From an uncultured Pseudomonadota bacterium (GTDB lineage Bacteria > Pseudomonadota > Gammaproteobacteria > Steroidobacterales > Steroidobacteraceae): a stretch of DNA of 64,000 nucleotides. Position 1 is the stretch's first letter. Each line of letters starts with the position of its first letter. A program made the position numbers and the translations under genes. The notes beneath the pieces were generated by a model that was not told the DNA's origin, did not search any database, and saw only the letters and a program-made list of their open reading frames with translations. The stretch covers positions 42,962 through 106,961 of the forward strand of contig CAVQYI010000014.1 of assembly GCA_963718135.1 (NCBI GenBank), read 5' to 3'. Below are positions 11,027 to 22,726 of the stretch, piece by piece.

Positions 11027-11857
11027 TCAAGCCGCGCCCGGGCCCGTGCAGCCGACCGAGACGGGCGCCGCATCGGCGACATCCAGGCGCAACGCTGTCA
11101 AGCGCCCGCCCCAGACGCAGCCGGTATCGAGACCGATCACGTCCGCGTTGCGGAAGAAGCCCAAGGTGGACCAATGGCCGAACACGATTCGCGTGCCGCG
11201 CCATGAGGCGTCCGCGGCATCGAACCAAGGAATCAGCGAGGCGGAGCGTGCGACTTGTCCGGCGCGCTCTTGACGCCGAGCGCGAGCCGCCCCTCGCCGT
11301 CCACGTAGCGCAAGCGCGTCAGGCAATTCACGATGAAGCGCAGACGTCGCGGCGCCATCGAGGTCCGCGGACCATAGGTCCGGGCTGTCGCCGTACATGC
11401 GATCGAACAGGCGCTCCGGCGCGCGCTGCAGCGCCTGTTCGAACTCCCGCGCGCAAGCGATCGCCGTCGGCAGATCCCATTGCGGCGGCAGACCGGCGTG
11501 CAGGAGCAACAGCCGCCGGTCCGCGTCCTCGTGCACGAGCGGGCGCGAAATGAGCCAATCCGTCAACGCGCCGCGATCCCGCGCATTCAGCAACTCATGT
11601 AGCGTGTCGCCGCCGCGCGTGCGCGCGCATCCGAGCGCCACCGCGAGAAAATGCAGATCGTGATTGCCGAGCACCGTGACCGCGGCGTCGCCGAGGGCGC
11701 GGATCCGGCGCAATACGCCGAGCGAATCGGGTCCGCGGTTGACGAGGTCGCCGACGAACCACAGGCGGTCGCGGTCGCGCGAGAATTCGATTGCGTCGAG
11801 GAGCGCGCCGAGTTCGCGGTCGCAACCCTGTACGTCGCCGATCGCGTAGAGCGCCAT
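11027..11857 (-). CDS. apaH: Bis(5'-nucleosyl)-tetraphosphatase, symmetrical. An internal compensated pair of frame breaks (~11275 and ~11335).
   Basis: MALYAIGDVQGC, WFVGDLVNRGPDS, VLGNHDLHFL and FGHWS are present. The expected RLRFIVNCLTRLRYVDGEGRL stretch is found only in another frame. Confidence 0.9.
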   Translation of the reverse strand: MALYAIGDVQGCDRELGALLDAIEFSRDRDRLWFVGDLVNRGPDSLGVLRRIRALGDAAVTVLGNHDLHFLAVALGCARTRGGDTLHELLNARDRGALTDWLISRPLVHEDADRRLLLLHAGLPPQWDLPTAIACAREFEQALQRAPERLFDRMYGDSPDLWSADLDGAATSALHRELPDALALRGRRGAARARRQERAGQVARSASLIPWFDAADASWRGTRIVFGHWSTLGFFRNADVIGLDTGCVWGGRLTALRLDVADAAPVSVGCTGPGAA

Positions 11858-11860
11858 CGC

Positions 11861-12256
11861 CTAGTGAAGCACTCCCGGCATCGCCAGCCTGAACGGCGCG
11901 ATCGGCGCGTCGAATTGTTGACCGTCGTCGGCGACCATCTGGTAGCTCCCTTGCATCGTGCCGACCGGGGTCTCGATGACGGCGCCGCTCGAATACCGGA
12001 ATCCCTGGCCGGGCTTCAGGTAAGGCTGCTCGCCGACGACGCCGTCGCCGCGGGTCTCTTTGACGTTGCCGTTCGCGTCCGTGATGATCCAGTGGCGCGT
12101 CAGCAGGCGCGCGGGCACGGGGCCGTCGTTGCGGATCGTGATGGTGTAGGAAAACACATAGCGCTTGTCGCGCGGATCGGACTGTTCCTCGAGATACGAG
12201 GTTTCGACTTCGACCCGGATTCGAGGATTCTCTGATTCGGCTGTCATTGGGCGCAT
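11861..12256 (-). CDS. apaG: ApaG (DUF525) protein
   Basis: Contains [47 protein letters not shown]. Confidence 0.92.
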   Translation of the reverse strand: MRPMTAESENPRIRVEVETSYLEEQSDPRDKRYVFSYTITIRNDGPVPARLLTRHWIITDANGNVKETRGDGVVGEQPYLKPGQGFRYSSGAVIETPVGTMQGSYQMVADDGQQFDAPIAPFRLAMPGVLH

Positions 12257-12260
12257 CGCA

Positions 12261-12692
12261 TCACTTCAAGCGTACCGCCAGCACGTCGCAATGCGCCGCG
12301 TGGAGAACCGTGTCTTCCGTGAAATTCACCAGAATCGCGAGACCGTGCCGCTCGCGGCTGCCGAGCACGATCAGGTCGGCGCGCTCCTGTTCGGCGACGC
12401 GCAGGATTTCCGCCTTGGTATTGCCCGCTTCGACGCGGCAGATCGTGCGTTCGAGTCCGAGCCGCTTCACCATGTCTTCGAGCATCTTGCGCGAGCGCGT
12501 GATCAACTCTTCCTCGATCTGCACCGCGGGCATCAAGGACTCGCCCATCGGCTCGACCGGCACGAACTCGACGACGTGCAAGGCGACGACCGACGCCTGC
12601 GAGTGGGCCGCGATCGCGCGCCCGGCCGCGGCGACCTGTTCGCTTCCTTCCGACAGGTCCAACAGCACGAGTATTTTCTTATAGGCTGGCAT
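12261..12692 (-). CDS. Universal stress protein family (UspA-like)
   Basis: 143 aa with [10 protein letters not shown] at the N-terminus and [26 protein letters not shown] at the C-terminus. Confidence 0.8.
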   Translation of the reverse strand: MPAYKKILVLLDLSEGSEQVAAAGRAIAAHSQASVVALHVVEFVPVEPMGESLMPAVQIEEELITRSRKMLEDMVKRLGLERTICRVEAGNTKAEILRVAEQERADLIVLGSRERHGLAILVNFTEDTVLHAAHCDVLAVRLK

Positions 12693-12722
12693 GGGCCCAA
12701 GTATAGCGGAGGCCCGCGCAGG

Positions 12723-13541
12723 CTATGGAATTTGTCGCGCCTCGGACGCGGCCCTTGCATGCAAGCGGGCCGCGAGGCGGCCGAATTGAGCCGGCTCCAG
12801 GACCTCCGGGCGCAGTCCGGGGTCGATGCCGCAGGCTTCGATTTCCGCGGCGGCGAGCAAGCCTTTGAGGCCGTTGCGCAAGGTCTTGCGGCGTTGGGAG
12901 AACACGGCCGTCACCAGGGTCCGGAGAGTCGCGTCGTCGCCGAGAGCGAAGCGCGGCGCCCCGCTCGGACGCACGCGCACCACCGCGGACCAGACCTGAG
13001 GCGGCGGCTGAAAGGCCCCGGGACCGACGTCGAATAGGGCCTCGACTTCGGCATGGGCCGCAAGCATCACGGTCAGCCGGCCGTAGTCTTTGCCGCCCGG
13101 ACGCGCCGCCATCCGGTTGACGACCTCCTTCTGCAGCATGAAATGCATGTCCAGGATCGCATCGCGCTGGCGCAGCAGGTCGAACAGCAGGGGTGTCGAG
13201 ATGTTATAGGGAAGGTTGCCGACGATCCGCAGCGGCGGGCCGGCTCCGCGCAGGCCCGCGAAATCGGTGCGCAGCGCATCTCCGACGTGAATTCGCAGCG
13301 CGCCGGCCGCGCGCGGATCCGCGGCGAGAGCCGCGGCAAGATCGCGATCGATCTCGATCGCATCCATGGTGTGCGCGCGTGCAAGCAAGGCCCAGGTCAG
13401 GGCGCCGCGGCCCGGCCCGATCTCGACGATGTGCTGGCCGGGCTCCGGCGCCACCGCGGCGACGATCCTGGCGACGATCGCCCGATCGTGGAGAAAGTGC
13501 TGGCCGAAGCGCTTACGAACCGGCATGGGCGGCGCCCGCAC
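12723..13541 (-). CDS. rsmA: 16S rRNA (adenine1518/1519-N6)-dimethyltransferase
   Basis: Contains KRFGQHFLHD, VEIGPGRGALT, GNLPYNISTPLLF and FSQRRKTLRN. Confidence 0.94.
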   Translation of the reverse strand: MRAPPMPVRKRFGQHFLHDRAIVARIVAAVAPEPGQHIVEIGPGRGALTWALLARAHTMDAIEIDRDLAAALAADPRAAGALRIHVGDALRTDFAGLRGAGPPLRIVGNLPYNISTPLLFDLLRQRDAILDMHFMLQKEVVNRMAARPGGKDYGRLTVMLAAHAEVEALFDVGPGAFQPPPQVWSAVVRVRPSGAPRFALGDDATLRTLVTAVFSQRRKTLRNGLKGLLAAAEIEACGIDPGLRPEVLEPAQFGRLAARLHARAASEARQIP

Positions 13542-14514
13542 CGGTCAGTCGGACGGCGAGCGCGACGGCGGCATGGAGACTCCCCGCGTCCGCCTTGCCC
13601 GTGCGCGCGAGCGTCAAGGCGGTGCCATGATCGACGCTCGTGCGCAAGATCGGCAGGCCGAGCGTGACGTTCACCGCGTGGCCGAAACTTGCATGCTTGA
13701 TCACGGGCAACCCCTGGTCGTGGTACATCGCCACGACGACATCCGCGGTTTCGAGGATGCGCCGTGCGAAGGCCGTGTCCGCGGGCAGCGGCCCGCGCGC
13801 ATCGATGCCTTCGGCGCGCACCTGCCGAATCACGGGCTCGATCACGTCGATTTCCTCGCGGCCAAGGTGGCCGGATTCCCCGGCATGGGGGTTGAGGCCG
13901 AGGACGAGGATGCGCGGCGCGCTCAATCCGAAATGACGGCGCAGGTCCGCGTCGACGATGCGCAAGGTCGCGAGCAATCTCGCCGGCGTGATCGCCCGGC
14001 TCACCTCGGCGAGCGGCAAGTGCGTCGTCACGAGCGCGACGCGCATGCCGTCGTCGGTCAACATCATCACGGGCAGCGCGGCGTGCGTCCGCTCGGCGAG
14101 ATATTCGGTATGTCCGCTGAAGCGGAAGCCGGCGTCCATGATCGTGCTCTTCTGCACGGGCGCGGTGACCATCGCGGCGAATTCGCCGTTCAAACAGCCG
14201 TCGCAGGCGCGGTTGAGCATGCGCAGCACGTACTCGGCGTTGCGCGGATCCGGCCGGCCCGCGAGCGGCGGCACGGCGCAGGGAATGTCGAGGACTTCGA
14301 GTCGGCCGCGCCGGTGAGGCCGGCTCGGCGTCGAGGGATCGTAGCTCGCGACGTTCACGCGAAGATTCAAGGCGGCCGCGGTATCGCGGAGCAGCGCGGC
14401 GTCGCCCGCAAAAACCAGGCCGGCGTCGAAGTCCGACTGGGCGAGCATGACGCAGGTATCCGGTCCGATCCCGGCAGGTTCACCCGACGTGATGACGATC
14501 CTGGGGCTTGCCAC
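13513..14514 (-). CDS. pdxA: 4-hydroxythreonine-4-phosphate dehydrogenase
   Basis: Contains ITSGEPAGIGPD, FSGHTEYLA, LGLNPHAGE and SVDHGTA. Confidence 0.94.
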   Translation of the reverse strand: MASPRIVITSGEPAGIGPDTCVMLAQSDFDAGLVFAGDAALLRDTAAALNLRVNVASYDPSTPSRPHRRGRLEVLDIPCAVPPLAGRPDPRNAEYVLRMLNRACDGCLNGEFAAMVTAPVQKSTIMDAGFRFSGHTEYLAERTHAALPVMMLTDDGMRVALVTTHLPLAEVSRAITPARLLATLRIVDADLRRHFGLSAPRILVLGLNPHAGESGHLGREEIDVIEPVIRQVRAEGIDARGPLPADTAFARRILETADVVVAMYHDQGLPVIKHASFGHAVNVTLGLPILRTSVDHGTALTLARTGKADAGSLHAAVALAVRLTGAGAAHAGS

Positions 14515-15821
14515 TACATTTTGATTTCGACGAATGCCTCATCGCGCAAGCGCTGCAGCCAAAGCTCGGTCTCTTCGTCGGCCTTGCTCTCGCGAATCGC
14601 TTCGAACGCGCGCTGGCGGCGGATGTCCGACGTACTGTCGTACGTGCGCCGGCCCAGGAGCTGAACGATATGCCAACCGTAACGCGTCTTGAAGGGCATG
14701 CTGATTTCGTTGATCTTGAGATCCGCTATCTCCTTCGCGAATTCCGGCACGTACGAGTTCGGCGCGGCCCAGCCGAGGTCGCCGCCGTCCGGCGCCGATC
14801 CCGGATCCTCCGACGTCGTCGACGCGATGCCGGCGAAATCCTCGCCGTCCAATATGCGCTGGCGAATCTTCAGCAGCTTCTGCCGCACGGTCTGATCGTC
14901 GTCCAGCTCGTTAGGCTTCATCAGAATATGCCGCAGGTGGACCTGCTCGACGAGCACGGGCTTGTCGCCGGTGCGTCGATCGTTCAATTTGACGATGTGG
15001 AATCCGCTCGGCGTGCGCACGGGCCCGCCGATCTCCCCCGGCTTCATTTTGGTGACGAGCTGTAAAATGAACTCGGGCAGCTGGCTTCCCTTGCGCCAGC
15101 CGAGCGCGCCGCCTTCCAGGGCCGTCTGGCTGTTGGAGTTGGCGATCGCGAGTTGGGCGAAGTTCTCGCCCTTGCGCGCGCGGTCGGCGATGTCCTGCGC
15201 CTTGCGCGTGATCTCCTCGATTTGCCGGGGCGATGCGGCCGCCGGCAGCGATATCAGGATATGCGAAATGTCGAACTCTTCGTTCGCCGCCGCGCTGTCC
15301 TGGCGCTTCAGATACTGTTCGATCTCGCGCGGCGTGACGACGATATGCGATATCACGTCGCGCTCGCGCAATGCCTGCAGCGTCAATTCCTTGCGCATCG
15401 ATTCGCGGTACTGCTTGTAGTCGATGCCCTGGGCGGCGAGCGCGGTCGGCAGTTGGTCGAACGGAATCTTGTTGCGCGCCGCGACGTCCTGCAGCGCGCC
15501 GTTCAGCTGTTCGTCCGAAATGGAAAGGCCGATCCGCTTCGCCCGCTGTTCCTCGATTTCCTGCAGTATCAGCCGGTCCAATACCTGTTTCTGCAGAACG
15601 CTGTGCGGCGGCAGCGTGACCTTTTGATCCTCGAGGCGCTTGGTCACGGCGTCCATTTGCGCGTCGAGCTGGCTCTTCAGGACGATGCCGTCATTGACCA
15701 CGGCGGCGATGCGGTCGAGCAAGACGCCGCGCGTGCCGATATCCCGAGTCTGCGCCTGTGCTGCGGAGCACAGCAGGAAGGCGGAAATCGAAATCAGAAA
15801 AACACGGGAAATCAGTCGCAT
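14514..15821 (-). CDS. surA: Periplasmic chaperone / peptidyl-prolyl isomerase SurA
   Basis: 435 aa with a signal peptide and two parvulin-like blocks (HILI.., GGALGW / GGDLGW). It sits between lptD and pdxA. Confidence 0.92.
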   Translation of the reverse strand: MRLISRVFLISISAFLLCSAAQAQTRDIGTRGVLLDRIAAVVNDGIVLKSQLDAQMDAVTKRLEDQKVTLPPHSVLQKQVLDRLILQEIEEQRAKRIGLSISDEQLNGALQDVAARNKIPFDQLPTALAAQGIDYKQYRESMRKELTLQALRERDVISHIVVTPREIEQYLKRQDSAAANEEFDISHILISLPAAASPRQIEEITRKAQDIADRARKGENFAQLAIANSNSQTALEGGALGWRKGSQLPEFILQLVTKMKPGEIGGPVRTPSGFHIVKLNDRRTGDKPVLVEQVHLRHILMKPNELDDDQTVRQKLLKIRQRILDGEDFAGIASTTSEDPGSAPDGGDLGWAAPNSYVPEFAKEIADLKINEISMPFKTRYGWHIVQLLGRRTYDSTSDIRRQRAFEAIRESKADEETELWLQRLRDEAFVEIKM

Positions 15822-15841
15822 GGTCGATCGGTACTCTAGGG

Positions 15842-18047
15842 CTAGGGAGACGGGTTGACGGCGGAGTATCCGCTAATAGACCGCTGCAGGAAAGAGCCGG
15901 CAGGCTTTCCGACAGAACTCAAGCCGATGAGTTCCAATTGAATCGCAATCGACGTGTCCAGAGCCCCGGTGCGGTTCACGACGTAGCGGCGCTGGACGAC
16001 TTCGAATCGCCAACAGCAGCTCGAATACTCGATTCCGGCCACTTGCTCGATCGTTTGCTTGTCGACGATGGAATACACCAAGCGGCCGACCGCGTTCCAA
16101 TGCTGCGCGATCGGCCACGCGAAGGAGCCGTCCCATTGGTCGAGGACACCATGTTGGAACCGGTAGCCCAAGTTGACGGTGCGCGCCGGGTCGGGGTGAT
16201 ATTGCACGGAGACTTCGGATTTTTCCGTCTTGTTGGCGTACGGATTCCACTGATAGTCCATCTTGACGCTGAAGTTCCGATAGGCCGTCACGGCGACTTG
16301 GCCGATGATGTTCGACGCGCCGTATGAGAGCGGCGTTTCCCCGGGAAGGGTCACGCGCGGCTGCGTGAAATAGCGGATCTGGCCCAGTGTCGCGGACAGG
16401 TACTGCCGCCCGTCGGCATGACCGAATAGCCGCGTCGTCAGGCCCATGCTCAGTTGGTTCGCATCGCCGACGCGGTCGCCGCCGACGTAGCGATTCGTGC
16501 GATACAGGTCGGTGATGTTCAAATCGGGCAAGGCCGTATCGAAGATCGGCAGATTGTCCTGATTGCGGTATGGGATGTAGCTGTACACGAGCCGCGGCTC
16601 GAGCGTCTCGGTACGCTGCCCGGTGGCGCCCGAGTCCCGTTCGAAGACGAGACCCGTGTCGAGCCGGCCATAGGGAAGCGCGCGTGCCGGCGTGCTCGGA
16701 TCGCCGGCGCCCGGATCGCGCAGGTCATATTGGGTGAATTGCCAGCCGACGGCGGGAACGAAGAAATAGCCCGCCGTGCGCCGCGACCAGCGCAGCTCCG
16801 GCGCCAGGTTCAGGCGCATGCCGGTCGTGCCCACGTCGCGCAGGAAATTCACCGCCTCGCTGTTCAGCGCCAATTCGAGGCCGGTGTCGGCGATCGGCCA
16901 AAGCGCCTGCGCGTCGATGCGCGGCACGCGCGAGTACGGGCGGTCCGCGTGGCTCACCGCGATGTCGATCGTCTGAAAGTTCTGCAGTTGCGCGCTGATC
17001 CGCCAGATGTCGTCGTAATAGCGGTATTCGGCGTTGCGTTCGAGGTAGGTGACGCTCGTCTGGGCGGAACCCACCGCGAAATCCTGGAAGTAGTTGCTGT
17101 CGCTCACGCCCGCGACGTCGAAGTCGACGCGGCTGCGCCGGCTGATGTCGGTCACGTCGGTTACACGAAAATAATTGCGCCCGCTGTGCGTTCGCGAATC
17201 GTTCGGCAGCAAGGTCGTGTCGATTTGCCCGTGCGACGCCGCCGTCAAGTAGCGGAATTGGCCGTCGATGTCGACCCCGCGGGCCGACATGAATCCGGGG
17301 GTGAGCGTCAGGTCGTAGTTCGGCGCCAAATTGAAATAATACGGGATTCCGATGGAGTAGCCGTTGTTGCCCGAATGCGCGAAGTTCGGGTACAAGAGCC
17401 CGCTTTGGCGCTGGCTCCCCAGCGGGAAGGACAGATACGGCGTGTAGAACAGAGGAACGCCCTTGAATACGAGATAGGCGTTGCGCGCGGCTCCCTGCTG
17501 CCGCGAGGTGTCGAGCTTGATCGACGATGCATGCAGCGTCCAATCTTCGTTGCCGGCCGGGCATGTCGTGTAATGAACTTTGTCGAGAGTGACTTCGCCG
17601 CCCGGCTGGACCTTGATTTCGCGCGCGACGCCGCGGCCACGGCGGTTCAGCAGCTGAAAGGCCGCGTCGCCGAAGTCCGCGCCGCCGATTTGATCGTAGC
17701 TGCCCGCCTTGCTCTGAATCCGCAGTTTCGGGTCCTCGAACTCGACGGCGCCTTTGACCGTGATGCGGCCGGTTCGCCGGTCATACGTGACCTGGTCGGC
17801 GGTCACGCGCCGCGCGTCCTGCAGAACCATGACCCGTCCGCTGACCGCGGCGTCGCCGTCGGCGCCGAGCGTCGCGGCGTCGCTCTCGATGTGGATTCGG
17901 TGATCGTTCGCATCGATTTGCGCCGAACGACGCTGCCGGCGGCGTCGGCGCGGGCGGCGCCGGGCAGATGTCGGCCGCCCGCACCGCCGGGGCCGCGGCG
18001 AGGGCGGTCAACAGCAGTACGAGGCGTGCATGAAAAGCCGTCGGCAA
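15842..18047 (-). CDS. lptD: LPS-assembly outer-membrane protein LptD. 1 frame break (~17940).
   Basis: The 662-aa beta-barrel body is ORF 15842..17830. The signal peptide MPTAFHARLVLLLTALAAAPAVRA is in the frame of ORF 17781..18047. Synteny is lptD-surA-pdxA-rsmA. Confidence 0.9.
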
Positions 18048-18160
18048 GATATGTCGCCCAGAAGTTGTGAACAGCGCTGCGCGCAGCGAAGACGCGCGGA
18101 GCCCGCATTATAATCGGTATACTTGCGCGCGACGCATTTGCGGTTCAACGATGTGGCGGC

Positions 18161-19197
18161 ATGACTCTAACCGACGCGGGCGCTCCTAGGTTCCAGGAGC
18201 TCGTCTCGCTGGATTTCCGAGGACCTGGGGTTCGTCGACTGTCCGGTCGCGCCGGCCTCGGCGGATGCGAGCTTCCGGCGTTATTTCCGCGTCGCTCGCG
18301 GCGCCGAGAGCTTCATCGTGATGGACGCGCCCCCCGACAAGGAGAGCCTCGGGCCGTATCTGCGGGTGGCGGCCATCCTCGCCAGGATCGGCCTGAACGT
18401 GCCGCGCGTATTGGCGCGCGACCTGGAGCGGGGTTTCCTCCTGCTCACGGATTTGGGCTCGCGCCAATATCTCGACGAGCTTGCCGCCGGCCGCGGCGTC
18501 GACCGGCTCTATGCGGACGCGCTCGGCGCGCTCGCGACGATGCAGACCGCGGGTCGGGAGCACGCGCGCGATTTGCCTGCCTATGACCGCGAAATGCTCA
18601 CGCGGGAAATGGATCTCATGCCGGAGTGGTTCCTGCGGCGTCACCTCGGGATCGATGTCGATGCCGCGGTGCGCGCGATGCTCGAGCGGTTGCATGAAGC
18701 ACTGTTGCGGTCCGCCGCGGAGCAACCGATGACCTTCGTGCACCGCGACTACCATTCGCGCAATCTCATGGTTGTCGACGAGGACAATCCCGGAATCCTC
18801 GATTTTCAGGACGCCGTGCGCGGGCCCGTCACCTACGACCTGGTTTCGCTGTTGAAGGACTGTTATATCGTCTGGCCGCCGGAGCGGGTGCGCGCCTGGG
18901 CGCTCCATCATCGCGAGCTTCTGCGGCGGCGCGAATTCCTCGATCGACGCGGACGATGCGCTGTTCCTGCGCTGGTTCGATCTCATGGGACTGCAGCGGC
19001 ACATCAAGGTCCTCGGCATATTTTGCCGGCTCTTCTATCGCGACCGAAAGCCGCAATACCTGCGCGATTTGCCGCGCGTTCTCGCCTACGTGCGCGCGGC
19101 GGCCGCCGCCTACCCGGAAACCGCCGAATTCGCGGAATTTCTCGCGACGCGGGTCGAGGCGAACTTCGAGCGCGCGCAGGCGCGGATCGACGCGTGA
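18161..19197 (+). CDS. amgK: N-acetylmuramate/N-acetylglucosamine kinase AmgK-like (APH-fold). 2 frame breaks (~18215, ~18930).
   Basis: Contains [29 protein letters not shown] and GILDFQDA. The C-terminus [17 protein letters not shown] is in ORF 18985..19197. The gene is divergent from lptD and followed by murU, as in Pseudomonas. Confidence 0.8.
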
Positions 19198-19876
19198 CCG
19201 CGGCCGGCGACGACGGGCAGCCGCGCGCGGCGATGATTCTCGCCGCGGGACGCGGCGAGCGGATGCGGCCGCTGACCGATTCGACGCCGAAGCCGCTGTT
19301 GATCGCTCGCGGCGCGCCGCTGATCGAACATCACGTACGCGCGTTGCAGCGCGCCGGGATTCGCGAAATCACGATCAATCTTTGTTGGCTCGGGGACAAG
19401 ATCCGCGATTTTCTCGGCGACGGATCGCGGTACGGCGCGACGATCCGCTACAGCGACGAGGGGCCGCGCGCGTTGGAAACCGCCGGCGGGATCGTCCGGG
19501 CGCTGCCGCAGCTCGCGCCCGGTCCGTTCGTGGTCGTCAACGGCGACATTTTCACCGACTATCCGTTCGCGAATCTCGCGATCTCGGCCGAAGCGGACGC
19601 GCATCTCGTGCTCGTGCCGAATCCGCCGCAACATCCGCACGGCGATTTCGGCCTCGAATACGGGCGGGCGCTGCCGGTCGCCGCGCGCAGATTCACGTTC
19701 TCCGGCATCGCGGTATATCGCGCCGCGCTGTTTGCCGGCCTCGTCGACGGCGTGCGGCCGCTGAAGCCGGTGTTGACCGGCGCCATGGAGGCTGGGCGCT
19801 GCACCGCCGAACTGTATACGGGGCTCTGGGAGGATGTCGGCACGGCCGAGCGGCTGGCGGCTTTGAACGCGGGTCG

Positions 19877-19880
<4 letters not shown>
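19194..19880 (+). CDS. murU: N-acetylmuramate alpha-1-phosphate uridylyltransferase MurU-like nucleotidyltransferase
   Basis: [23 protein letters not shown] starts at ATG 19233. An in-frame GTG at 19194 overlaps the amgK stop (GTGA). Confidence 0.8.
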
Positions 19881-20955
<1,075 letters not shown>

Positions 20956-20959
<4 letters not shown>

Positions 20960-21621
20960 GCGCTGCGCCCGCAGTCCGCCGCCTGGGGCTCGTCGCGTAC
21001 GAGCCAACCTGGCGCGCGATGCAGCGGTTCACCGATGAGCGCGACTCGTCGACGCGCGACGAGATCTGGCTCGTCGAACATCCGCCGGTGTTTACGCTCG
21101 GAATGAACGCGAGCCGCGAACATCTGCTCGATCCTGGCGATATTCCCGTCGTGCAGATCGACCGCGGCGGCGAGGTGACCTTTCACGGGCCAGGCCAACT
21201 GGTGATTTATCCCTTGCTCGACTTGCGGCGCATGAAACTCGGCATTCGCGAACTCGTCGTCGCTCTCGAGGATGCGATCATCGACTACGCGGCCGGCCTC
21301 GGCGTGGCCGCCGTCGGCCGCCGCGACGCGCCCGGCGTCTATGTCGGCGGCGCCAAACTCGCGAGCGTCGGCTTGCGCATCCGGCGCGGCGCGAGTTACC
21401 ACGGCGCGAGCCTCAACGTCGCACCCGACCTGGGGCCGTTTCGGCGTATCAACGTCTGCGGCTACCGGGGTCTTGCCGTCACGCGGCTCGCCGACCTCTG
21501 CGGGGCGGCGGATGTCGACGCGGCGGGCGAGGCGGTCGCCCGCAATTTCATCGGGAAGCTCGGGTTGCAGCCGGGCTACAACGCCATCAGCACCGACTTG
21601 CACGCCGAAAGCTCACGGTAA
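20956..21621 (+). CDS. lipB: Octanoyltransferase LipB
   Basis: Contains [31 protein letters not shown] and [17 protein letters not shown]. The ATG at 20956 overlaps the lipA stop. Confidence 0.92.
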
Positions 21622-21839
21622 AGGGCATCCAACTGCGCGCGGCTCTCTGCGTGCACGACGAAAGTGACCGCCACGAAATTCCCGTCGCTGCTGGTGCGCG
21701 TGCGGATGTTCGCCTCGTCGAGCGTTCCCATGTGTCGTTCGACGATCGCGGTTGCGGCCGCGCGCAGGTCGCCGTCGCAGCGGCCCATGACCTTGATCGG
21801 GAAGTCGCTCGGAAAGTCCCTGGGGGCACCGCCGCTCAC
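21576..21839 (-). CDS. ybeD: YbeD-like DUF493 protein
   Basis: Contains [37 protein letters not shown]. The GTG start at 21839 overlaps the dat stop (GTGA). Confidence 0.8.
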   Translation of the reverse strand: MSGGAPRDFPSDFPIKVMGRCDGDLRAAATAIVERHMGTLDEANIRTRTSSDGNFVAVTFVVHAESRAQLDALYRELSACKSVLMAL

Positions 21840-22726
21840 AGCGCGGGCGTTCCGGCCAGCTCGCCGACATAGGCGTCGAACGCCGCCTGCATGCGCCGGA
21901 ACAGCGGGCCGGGAACGCCGGAGCCGACGGCCGCCCCGTCGAGACGGGTGACCGGCAGCACGCCACGCGTCGAGAACGCGAGCCAAATCTCATCCGCCGC
22001 GCGCAGCTCGGCCTCGGTCACGGGCGTGGCCGCACTCGGTATTCCGTGCCGCGCGGCGAGTTCGACGACGACGTCGCGCGTCGTTCCCGGAAGGATCCGC
22101 CGGCCGTTCGGCGGCGTGCGGATCGTGCCGTCGGTGACGACGTGAACCGTCGTCGACGATCCTTCCGTGAGATAGCCGCCGTCCAGCAGTATCGTCTCGT
22201 AGGCGCCGCGGTCGGCCGCGAGCTTCTTCAGCAGGACATTCGCGACCAGGGCCGTGGATTTGATGTCGCGGCGGGCCCAGCGGATGTCCTCGGCGGTCAC
22301 CGCCGCGACGCCGTGCTCCAGGATTTGCGCGGACACGGGCTCGAGCGCGGTCGCGTAGGCGAATATCGTGGGCGAAAGACCTTCCGGCCACGCGTGATTG
22401 CGGCCGAACTCGGCGCCCCGGCTCACCTGCACGTACAGGTATAGATCGCCGCCGCCGTTCCTCGAGGTGAGTTCGCGACATACATCGGCCCAGTCGGCGT
22501 GCGACAGCGGCGATTGCATGCGGATCGCGTCCAGGCTGCGTGCCAGCCGGTCGAAATGCTCGCGCAGCCGGAACGGCCGGCCGGCGTATACCGGCAGAAC
22601 CTCGTAGACCGCGTCGGCGAACAGGAACGCGCGGTCGAGCGGCGACACCCTCGCCGCGGCGAGCGGCAGGTACTCCCCATTCAAATAACACACCGGCAAG
22701 GGCATCGCGGACGGTCCTTCAGGCAA
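21836..22726 (-). CDS. dat: Class IV aminotransferase, D-amino-acid (D-alanine) aminotransferase-like
   Basis: Contains DRAFLFADAVYEV, DIKSTALV, EGSSTTVHVV and ILPGTTR. It lies between dacA and ybeD. Confidence 0.75.
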   Translation of the reverse strand: MPEGPSAMPLPVCYLNGEYLPLAAARVSPLDRAFLFADAVYEVLPVYAGRPFRLREHFDRLARSLDAIRMQSPLSHADWADVCRELTSRNGGGDLYLYVQVSRGAEFGRNHAWPEGLSPTIFAYATALEPVSAQILEHGVAAVTAEDIRWARRDIKSTALVANVLLKKLAADRGAYETILLDGGYLTEGSSTTVHVVTDGTIRTPPNGRRILPGTTRDVVVELAARHGIPSAATPVTEAELRAADEIWLAFSTRGVLPVTRLDGAAVGSGVPGPLFRRMQAAFDAYVGELAGTPAL

